Assembly (NCBI GenBank): GCA_964057225.1
Contig: OZ059897.1
Span: forward strand, 4,774,001-4,838,000
Source: Auanema rhodensis
Lineage: Eukaryota; Animalia; Nematoda
Reading direction: 5' to 3'
DNA: 64,000 bases
The first letter of the stretch is position 1. The number at the start of each line of letters is the position of its first letter. Position numbers and translations under genes: made by a program. The notes beneath the pieces are model-generated. The model was given only the letters and a program-made list of their open reading frames with translations, was not told the origin of the DNA and did no database searches. Of the stretch, positions 53,001 to 64,000 are shown piece by piece.

Positions 53001-56000
53001 GTTACATCCCAAGTGCACATCACGTGTACATTTAATTAGCATAAATTAAAGTTCACGTAAATTTCAAAGTCATGGTTACCATGCACCAATATCAATGAAA
53101 ATTTGTTTTTAGACTAATATGGATATGGGGAATCTAATTTTGAAAACCGCATCTCTTTATCTTTCACGTGAAGCGAGTTACATACCAAGTGCACATCACG
53201 TGTGCATTTAATTAGCATAAATTAAAGTTCACGTAAATTTCAAAATCATGGTTACCATGCACCAATATCAATAAAAATTTGTTTTTAGACTAATATGCAC
53301 ATGGGGAATCTAATTTTAAAAACCGCATCTCTTTATCTTTCACGTGAAGTGAGTTACATACCAAGTGCACAGCACGTGTACATTTAATTAGCATAAATTA
53401 AAGTTCACGTAAATTTCAAAGTCATGGTTACCATGCACTAATATCAATAAAAATTTGTTTTTAGACTAATATGGACATGGGGAATCTAATTTTGAAAACC
53501 GCATCTCTTTATCTTTCACGTGAAGCAAGTTACATACCAAGTGCTCATCACGTGCACATTTAATTAGCATAAATTGAAGTTCACGTAAATTTCAAAGTCA
53601 TGGTTACCATGCACCAATATCAATAAAAATTTGTTTTTAGACTAATATGGACATGGGGAATCTAATTTTGAAAACCGCATCTCTTTATCTTTCACGTGAA
53701 GCGAGTTACATACCAAGTGCACATCACGTGTACATTTAATTAGCATAAATTAAAGTTCACGTAAATTTCAAAGTCATGGTTACCATGCACCAACATCAAT
53801 AAAAATTTGTTTTTAGACTAATATGGACATGGGGAATCTAATTTTGAAAACCGCGTCTCTTTATCTTTCACGTGAAGCGAGTTACATACCAAGTGCACAT
53901 CACGTGTACATTTAATTAGCATAAATTAAAGTTCACGTAAATTTCAAAGTCATGGTTACCATGCACCAATATCAATAAAAATTTGTTTTTAGACTAATAT
54001 GGACATGGGGAATCTAATTTTAAAAACCGCATCTCTTCATCTTTCACGTGAAGCAAGTTACATACCAAGTGCACAGCACGTGTACATTTAATTAGCATAA
54101 ATTAAAGTTCACGTAAATTTCAAAGTCATGGTTACCATGCACCAATATCAATAAAAATTTGTTTTTAGACTAATATGGACATGGGGAATCTAATTTTAAA
54201 AACCGCATCTCTTTATCTTTCACGTGAAGCGAGTTACATACCAAGTGCACATCACGTGTACATTTAATTAGCATAAATTAAAGTTCACGTAAATTTCAAA
54301 GTCATGGTTACCATGCACCAATATCAATAAAAATTTGTTTTTAGACTAATATGGACATGGGGAATCTAATTTTGAAAACCGCATCTCATTATCTTTCACG
54401 TGAAGTGGGTTACATACCAAGTGCACATCACGTGTACATTTAATTAGCATAAATTAAAGTTAACGTAAATTTCAAAGTCATGGTTACCATGCACCAATAT
54501 CAATGAAAATTTGTTTTTAGACTAATATGGACATGGGGAATCTAATTTTGAAAACCGCATCTCTTTATCTTTCACGTGAAGCAAGTTACATACCAAGTGC
54601 ACATCACGTGCACATTTAATTAGCATAAATTAAAGTTCACGTAAATTTCAAAGTCATGGTTACCATGCACCAATATCAATAAAAATTTGTTTTTAGACTA
54701 ATATGGACATGGGGAATCTAATTTTGAAAACCGCATCTCTTTATCTTTCACGTGAAGTGAGTTACATACCAAGTGCACATCACGTGTACATTTAATTAGC
54801 ATAAATTAAAGTTCACGTAAATTTCAAAGTCATGGTTACCATGCACTAATATCAATAAGAATTTGTTTTTAGACTAATATGGACGTGGGGAATCTAATTT
54901 TGAAAACCGCATCTCTTTATCTTTCACGTGAAGCGAGTTACATACCAAGTGCACATCACGTGCACATTTAATTAGCATAAATTAAAGTTCACGTAAATTT
55001 CAAAGTCATGGTTACCATGCACTAATATCAATAAAAATTTGTTTTTAGACTAATATGGACATGGGGAATCTAATTTTAAAAACCGCATCTCTTTATCTTT
55101 CACGTGAAGCAAGTTACATACCAAGTGCATAGCACGTGTACATTTAATTAGCATAAATTAAAGTTCACGTAAATTTCAAACTCATGGTTACCATGCACCA
55201 ATATCAATAAAAATTTGTTTTTAGACTAATATGGACATGGGGAATCTAATTTTGAAAACCGCATCTCATTATCTTTCACGTGAAGCAAGTTACATACCAA
55301 GTGCACATCACGTGTACATTTAATTAGCATAAATTAAAGTTCACGTAAATTTCAAAGTCATGGTTACCATGCACCAATATCAATAAAAATTTGTTTTTAG
55401 ACTAATATGGACATGGGGAATCTAATATTGAAAACCGCATCTCTTTATCTTTCACGTGAAGCAAGTTACATCCCAAGTGCACATCACGTGTACATTTAAT
55501 TAGCATAAATTAAAGTTCACGTAAATTTCAAAGTCATGGTTACCATGCACCAATATCAATAAAAATTTGTTTTTAGACTAATATGGATATGGGGAATCTA
55601 ATTTTGAAAACCGCATCTCTTTATCTTTCACGTGAAGCGAGTTACATACCAAGTGCACATCACGTGTGCATTTAATTAGCATAAATTAAAGTTCACGTAA
55701 ATTTCAAAATCATGGTTACCATGCACCAATATCAATAAAAATTTGTTTTTAGACTAATATGCACATGGGGAATCTAATTTTAAAAACCGCATCTCTTTAT
55801 CTTTCACGTGAAGTGAGTTACATACCAAGTGCACAGCACGTGTACATTTAATTAGCATAAATTAAAGTTCACGTAAATTTCAAAGTCATGGTTACCATGC
55901 ACTAATATCAATAAAAATTTGTTTTTAGACTAATATGGACATGGGGAATCTAATTTTGAAAACCGCATCTCTTTATCTTTCACGTGAAGCAAGTTACATA

Positions 56001-59000
56001 CCAAGTGCTCATCACGTGCACATTTAATTAGCATAAATTGAAGTTCACGTAAATTTCAAAGTCATGGTTACCATGCACCAATATCAATAAAAATTTGTTT
56101 TTAGACTAATATGGACATGGGGAATCTAATTTTGAAAACCGCATCTCTTTATCTTTCACGTGAAGCGAGTTACATACCAAGTGCACATCACGTGTACATT
56201 TAATTAGCATAAATTAAAGTTCACGTAAATTTCAAAGTCATGGTTACCATGCACCAACATCAATAAAAATTTGTTTTTAGACTAATATGGACATGGGGAA
56301 TCTAATTTTGAAAACCGCATCTCTTCATCTTTCACGTGAAGCAAGTTACATACCAAGTGCACAGCACGTGTACATTTAAATAGCATAAATTAAAGTTCAC
56401 GTAAATTTCAAAGTCATGGTTACCATGCACCAATATCAATAAAAATTTGTTTTTAGACTAATATGGACATGGGGAATCTAATTTCGAAAACCGCATCTCT
56501 TTATCTTTCACGTGAAGCGAGTTACATACCAAGTGCACATCACGTGTACATTTAATTAGCATAAATTAAAGTTCACGTAAATTTCAAAGTCATGGTTACC
56601 ATGCACCAATATCAATAAAAATTTGTTTTTAGACTAATATGGACATGGGGAATCTAATTTTGAAAACCGCATCTCTTTATCTTTCACGTGAAGTGAGTTA
56701 CATACCAAGTGTACATCACGTGCACATTTAATTAGCATAAATTAAAGTTCACGTAAATTTCAAAGTCATGGTTACCATGCACCAATATCAATAAAAATTT
56801 GTTTTTAGACTAATATGGACATGGGGAATCTAATATTGAAAACCGCATCTCTTTATCTTTCACGTGAAGTGAGTTACATACCAAGTGCACAGCACGTGTA
56901 CATTTAATTAGCATAAATTAAAGTTCACGTAAATTTCAAAGTCATGGTTACCATGCACCAATATCAATAAAAATTTGTTTTTAGACTAATATGGACATGG
57001 GGAATCATCTAATTTTGAAAACCGCATCTCTTTATCTTTCACGTGAAGTGAGTTACATACCAAGTGTACATCACGTGTACATTTAATTAGCATAAATTAA
57101 AGTTCACGTAAATTTCAAACTCATGGTTACCATGCACCAATATCAATAAAAATTTGTTTTTAGACTAATATGGACATGGGGAATCTAATTTTGAAAACCG
57201 CATCTCTTTATCTTTCACGTGAAGTGGGTTACATACCAAGTGCACATCACGTGTACATTTAATTAGCATAAATTAAAGTTCACGTAAATTTCAAAGTCAT
57301 GGTTACCATGCACCAATATCAATAAAAATTTGTTTTTAGACTAATATGGACATGGGGAATCTAATTTTAAAAACCGCATCTCTTTATCTTTCTCGTGAAG
57401 CAAGTTACATACCAAGTGCACAGCACGTGTACATTTAATTAGCATAAATTAAAGTTCACGTAAATTTCAAAGTCATGGTTACCATGCACCAATATCAATA
57501 AAAATTTGTTTTTAGACTAATATGGACATGGGGAATCTAATTTTGAAAACCGCATCTCTTTATCTTTCACGTGAAGCGAGTTACATACCAAGTGCACAGC
57601 ACGTGTACATTTAATTAGCATAAATTAAAGTTCACGTAAATTTCAAAGTCATGGTTACCATGCACCAATATCAATAAAAATTTGTTTTTAGACTAATATG
57701 CACATGGGGAATCTAATTTTAAAAACCGCATCTCTTTATCTTTCACGTGAAGTGAGTTACATACCAAGTGCACAGCACGTGTACATTTAATTAGCATAAA
57801 TTAAAGTTCACGTAAATTTCAAAGTCATGGTTACCATGCACTAATATCAATAAAAATTTGTTTTTAGACTAATATGCACATGGGGAATCTAATTTTGAAA
57901 ACCGCATCTCTTTATCTTTCACGTGAAGCAAGTTACATACCAAGTGCACATCACGTGCACATTTAATTAGCATAAATTAAAGTTCACGTAAATTTCAAAG
58001 TCATGGTTACCATGAACCAATATCAATAAAAATTTGTTTTTAGACTAATATGGACATGGGGAATCTAATTTTAAAAACCGCATCTCTTTATCTTTCACGT
58101 GAAGCAAGTTACATACCAAGTGCATAGCACGTGTACATTTAATTAGCATAAATTAAAGTTCACGTAAATTTCAAAGTCATGGTTACCATGCACCAATATC
58201 AATAAAAATTTGTTTTTAGACTAATATGGACATGGGGAATCTAATTGTGAAAACCGCATCTCTTTATCTTTCACGTGAAGCGAGTTACATACCAAGTGCA
58301 CATCACGTGTACATTTAATTAACATAAATTAAAGTTCACGTAAATTTCAAACTCATGATTACCATGCACCAATATCAATAAAAATTTGTTTTTGGACTAA
58401 TATGGACATGGGGAATCTAATTTTGAAAACCGCATCTCTTTATCTTTCACGTGAAGTGGGTTACATACCAAGTGCACATCACGTGTACATTTAATTAGCA
58501 TAAATTAAAGTTCACGTAAATTTCAAAGTCATGGTTACCATGCACCAATATCAATAAAAATTTGTTTATAGACTAATATGGACATGGGGAATCTAATTTT
58601 AAAAACCGCATCTCTTTATCTTTCACGTGAAGCAAGTTACATACCAAGTGCACAGCACGTGTACATTTAATTAGCATAAATTAAAGTTCACGTAAATTTC
58701 AAAGTCATGGTTACCATGCACCAATATCAATAAAAATTTGTTTTTAGACTAATATGGACATGGGGAATCTAATTTTAAAAACCGCATCTCTTTATCTTTC
58801 ACGTGAAGCAAGTTACATACCAAGTGCACAGCACGTGTACATTTAATTAGCATAAATTAAAGTTCACGTAAATTTCAAAGTCATGGTTACCATGCACCAA
58901 TATCAATAAAAATTTGTTTTTAGACTAATATGGACATGGGGAATCTAATTTTGAAAACCGCATCTCTTTATCTTTCACGTGAAGCGAGTTACATACCAAG

Positions 59001-62000
59001 TGCACAGCACGTGTACATTTAATTAGCATAAATTAAAGTTCACGTAAATTTCAAAGTCATGGTTACCATGCACCAATATCAATAAAAATTTGTTTTTAGA
59101 CTAATATGGACATGGGGAATCTAATTGTGAAAACCGCATCTCTTTATCTTTCACGTGAAGCGAGTTACATACCAAGTGCACATCACGTGTACATTTAATT
59201 AACATAAATTAAAGTTCACGTAAATTTCAAACTCATGATTACCATGCACCAATATCAATAAAAATTTGTTTTTAGACTAATATGGACATGGGGAATCTAA
59301 TTTTGAAAACCGCATCTCTTTATCTTTCACGTGATGTGGGTTACATACCAAGTGCACATCACGTGTACATTTAATTAGCATAAATTAAAGTTCACGTAAA
59401 TTTCAAAGTCATGGTTACCATGCACCAATATCAATAAAAATTTGTTTTTAGACTAATATGGACATGGGGAATCTAGTTTTAAAAACCGCATCTCTTTATC
59501 TTTCACGTGAAGCAAGTTACATACCAAGTGCACAGCACGTGTACATTTAATTAGCATAAATTAAAGTTCACGTAAATTTCAAAGTCATGGTTACCATGCA
59601 CCAATATCAATAAAAATTTGTTTTTAGACTAATATGGACATGGGGAATCTAATTTTGAAAACCGCATCTCTTTATCTTTCACGTGAAGCAAGTTACATAC
59701 CAAGTGCACAGCACGTGTACATTTAATTAGCATAAATTAAAGTTCACGTAAATTTCAAAGTCATGGTTACCATGCACCAATATCAATAAAAATTTGTTTT
59801 TAGACTAATATGGACATGGGGAATCTAATTGTGAAAACCGCATCTCTTTATCTTTCACGTGAAGCGAGTTACATACCAAGTGCACATCACGTGTACATTT
59901 AATTAACATAAATTAAAGTTCACGTAAATTTCAAACTCATGATTACCATGCACCAATATCAATAAAAATTTGTTTTTAGACTAATATGGACATGGGGAAT
60001 CTAATTTTGAAAACCGCATCTCTTTATCTTTCACTTGAAGTGGGTTACATACCAAGTGCACATCACGTGTACATTTAATTAGCATAAATTAAAGTTCACG
60101 TAAATTTCAAAGTCATGGTTACCATGCACCAATATCAATAAAAATTTGTTTTTAGACTAATATGGACATGGGGAATCTAGTTTTAAAAACCGCATCTCTT
60201 TATCTTTCACGTGAAGCAAGTTACATACCAAGTGCACAGCACGTGTACATTTAATTAGCATAAATTAAAGTTCACGTAAATTTCAAAGTCATGGTTACCA
60301 TGCACCAATATCAATAAAAATTTGTTTTTAGACTAATATGGACATGGGGAATCTAGTTTTAAAAACCGCATCTCTTTATCTTTCACGTGAAGCAAGTTAC
60401 ATACCAAGTGCACAGCACGTGTACATTTAATTAGCATAAATTAAAGTTCACGTAAATTTCAAAGTCATGGTTACCATGCACCAATATCAATAAAAATTTG
60501 TTTTTAGACTAATATGGACATGGGGAATCTAATTTTGAAAATCGCATCTCTTTATCTTTCACGTGAAGCGAGTTACATACCAAGTGCACATCACGTGTAC
60601 ATTTAATTAGCATAAATTAAAGTTCACGTAAATTTCAAAGTCATGGTTACCATGCACTAATATCAATAAAAATTTGTTTTTAGACTAATATGGACATGGG
60701 GAATCTAATTTTGAAAACCGCATCTCTTTATCTTTCACGTGAAGCGAGTTACATACCAAGTGCACATCACGTGTACATTTAATTAGCATAAATTAAAGTT
60801 CACGTAAATTTCAAAGTCATGGTTACCATGCACTAATATCAATAAAAATTTGTTTTTAGACTAATATGGACATGGGGAATCTAATTTTGAAAACCGCATC
60901 TCTTTATCTTTCACGTGAAGCGAGTTACATACCAAGTGCACATCACGTGTACATTTAATTAGCATAAATTAAAGTTCACGTAAATTTCAAAGTCATGGTT
61001 ACCATGCACCAATATCAATAAAAATTTGTTTTTAGACTAATATGGACATGGGGAATCTAATTTTAAAAACCGCATCTCTTTATCTTTCACGTGAAGCAAG
61101 TTACATACCAAGTGCACAGCACGTGTACATTTAATTAGCATAAATTAAAGTTCACGTAAATTTCAAAGTCATGGTTACCATGAACCAATATCAATAAAAA
61201 TTTGTTTTTAGACTAATATGGACATGGGGAATCTAATTTTAAAAACCGCATCTCTTTATCTTTCACGTGAAGCAAGTTACATACCAAGTGCATAGCACGT
61301 GTACATTTAATTAGCATAAATTAAAGTTCACGTAAATTTCAAAGTCATGGTTACCATGCACCAATATCAATAAAAATTTGTTTTTAGACTAATATGGACA
61401 TGGGGAATCTAATTGTGAAAACCGCATCTCTTTATCTTTCACGTGAAGCGAGTTACATACCAAGTGCACATCACGTGTACATTTAATTAACATAAATTAA
61501 AGTTCACGTAAATTTCAAACTCATGATTACCATGCACCAATATCAATAAAAATTTGTTTTTAGACTAATATGGACATGGGGAATCTAATTTTGAAAACCG
61601 CATCTCTTTATCTTTCACGTGAAGTGGGTTACATACCAAGTGCACATCACGTGTACATTTAATTAGCATAAATTAAAGTTCACGTAAATTTCAAAGTCAT
61701 GGTTACCATGCACCATTATCAATAAAAATTTGTTTTTAGACTAATATGGACATGGGGAATCTAATTTTAAAAACCGCATCTCTTTATCTTTCACGTGAAG
61801 CAAGTTACATACCAAGTGCACAGCACGTGTACATTTAATTAGCATAAATTAAAGTTCACGTAAATTTCAAAGTCATGGTTACCATGCACCAATATCAATA
61901 AAAATTTGTTTTTAGACTAATATGGACATGGGGAATCTAATTTTAAAAACCGCATCTCTTTATCTTTCACGTGAAGCAAGTTACATACCAAGTGCACAGC

Positions 62001-64000
62001 ACGTGTACATTTAATTAGCATAAATTAAAGTTCACGTAAATTTCAAAGTCATGGTTACCATGCACCAATATCAATAAAAATTTGTTTTTAGACTAATATG
62101 GACATGGGGAATCTAATTTTAAAAACCGCATCTCTTTATCTTTCACGTGAAGCAAGTTACATACCAAGTGCACAGCACGTGTACATTTAATTAGCATAAA
62201 TTAAAGTTCACGTAAATTTCAAAGTCATGGTTACCATGCACCAATATCAATAAAAATTTGTTTTTAGACTAATATGGACATGGGGAATCTAATTTTGAAA
62301 ATCGCATCTCTTTATCTTTCACGTGAAGCGAGTTACATACCAAGTGCACATCACGTGTACATTTAATTAGCATAAATTAAAGTTCACGTAAATTTCAAAG
62401 TCATGGTTACCATGCACTAATATCAATAAAAATTTGTTTTTAGACTAATATGGACATGGGGAATCTAATTTTGAAAACCGCATCTCTTTATCTTTCACGT
62501 GAAGCGAGTTACATACCAAGTGCACATCACGTGTACATTTAATTAGCATAAATTAAAGTTCACGTAAATTTCAAAGTCATGGTTACCATGCACTAATATC
62601 AATAAAAATTTGTTTTTAGACTAATATGGACATGGGGAATCTAATTTTGAAAACCGCATCTCTTTATCTTTCACGTGAAGCAAGTTACATACCAAGTGCA
62701 CAGCACGTGTACATTTAATTAGCATAAATTAAAGTTCACGTAAATTTCAAAGTCATGGTTACCATGCACTAATATCAATAAAAATTTGTTTTTAGACTAA
62801 TATGGACATGGGGAATCTAATTTTGAAAACCGCATCTCTTTATCTTTCACGTGAAGCAAGTTACATACCAAGTGCACAGCACGTGTACATTTAATTAGCA
62901 TAAATTAAAGTTCACGTAAATTTCAAAGTCATGGTTACCATGCACCAATATCAATAAAAATTTGTTTTTAGACTAATATGGACATGGGGAATCTAATTTT
63001 GAAAACCGCATCTCTTTATCTTTCACGTGAAGTGGGTTACATACCAAGTGCACATCACGTGTACATTTAATTAGCATAAATTAAAGTTCACGTAAATTTC
63101 AAAGTCATGGTTACCATGCACCAATATCAATAAAAATTTGTTTTTAGACTAATATGGACATGGGGAATCTAATTTTAAAAACCGCATCTCTTTATCTTTC
63201 ACTTGAAGCAAGTTACATACCAAGTGCACAGCACGTGTACATTTAATTAGCATAAATTAAAGTTCACGTAAATTTCAAAGTCATGGTTACCATGCACCAA
63301 TATCAATAAAAATTTGTTTTTAGACTAATATGGACATGGGGAATCTAATTTTGAAAACCGCATCTCTTTATCTTTCACGTGAAGCGAGTTACATACCAAG
63401 TGCACAGCACGTGTACATTTAATTAGCATAAATTAAAGTTCACGTAAATTTCAAAGTCATGGTTACCATGCACCAATATCAATAAAAATTTGTTTTTAGA
63501 CTAATATGCACATGGGGAATCTAATTTTAAAAACCGCATCTCTTTATCTTTCACGTGAAGTGAGTTACATACCAAGTGCACAGCACGTGTACATTTAATT
63601 AGCATAAATTAAAGTTCACGTAAATTTCAAAGTCATGGTTACCATGCACTAATATCAATAAAAATTTGTTTTTAGACTAATATGGACATGGGGAATCTAA
63701 TTTTGAAAACCGCATCTCTTTATCTTTCACGTGAAGCAAGTTACATACCAAGTGCACATCACGTGCACATTTAATTAGCATAAATTAAAGTTCACGTAAA
63801 TTTCAAAGTCATGGTTACCATGAACCAATATCAATAAAAATTTGTTTTTAGACTAATATGGACATGGGGAATCTAATTTTAAAAACCGCATCTCTTTATC
63901 TTTCACGTGAAGCAAGTTACATACCAAGTGCATAGCACGTGTACATTTAATTAGCATAAATTAAAGTTCACGTAAATTTCAAAGTCATGGTTACCATGCA
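44048..64000. repeat. 176-bp tandem satellite (SatB), right block, about 113 monomers, continuing past the right window edge
   Basis: Same monomer and orientation as the left block. Phase holds at 44341, 46981, 49621, 52261 and 54901 (every 2640 = 15x176), with one +3 shift at 57004-57009. Confidence 0.99.
52100..56300. repeat. Duplicated block of about 10 SatB monomers, copies offset by 14 monomers (2464 bp)
   Basis: Private variants CATCCC (53005/55469), GGATATG, GTGTGCAT, CAAAATCATG, GTGCTCATC (53541/56005) and CAACATC (53791/56255) all recur at +2464. Ends are approximate. Confidence 0.85.

Noticed and set aside
38818-64000. CRISPR array, retron, DGR or group II intron (RT next to repeats)
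   Set aside because: Repeats are head-to-tail with no unique spacers. The RT is preceded by APE endonuclease motifs and has non-LTR features, and there are no cas or other prokaryotic genes.
1-64000. Assignment to a species, a named satellite or programmed DNA elimination
   Set aside because: I do not recognise either monomer, there are no telomeric repeats, and the sequence alone cannot support these claims.

Overview
Eukaryotic (probably animal) heterochromatin or centromere-like DNA, with no host genes, RNA genes or CRISPR. It has three parts. (1) 1-38797: an AT-rich 351-bp tandem satellite (SatA, about 110.5 monomers, no net indel, patchy higher-order repeats). (2) An abrupt 20-bp fold-back junction at 38798-38817. 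(3) 38818-64000: a palindrome- and E-box-rich 176-bp satellite (SatB, about 127 monomers, one 3-bp indel). SatB is interrupted at 41168-44047 by one 2880-bp, 5'-truncated but uninterrupted CR1/Jockey-group LINE (partial APE endonuclease, RT, 3' UTR, short-repeat tail, no real TSD). Most notable: the LINE sits in the middle of a CACGTG palindrome, in frame with a 30-codon mini-ORF carried by the SatB monomer. The satellite thus supplies an ATG and 27 codons to an 823-aa satellite-RT fusion ORF. Whether it is expressed cannot be told from sequence, and an in-frame fusion can arise by chance.
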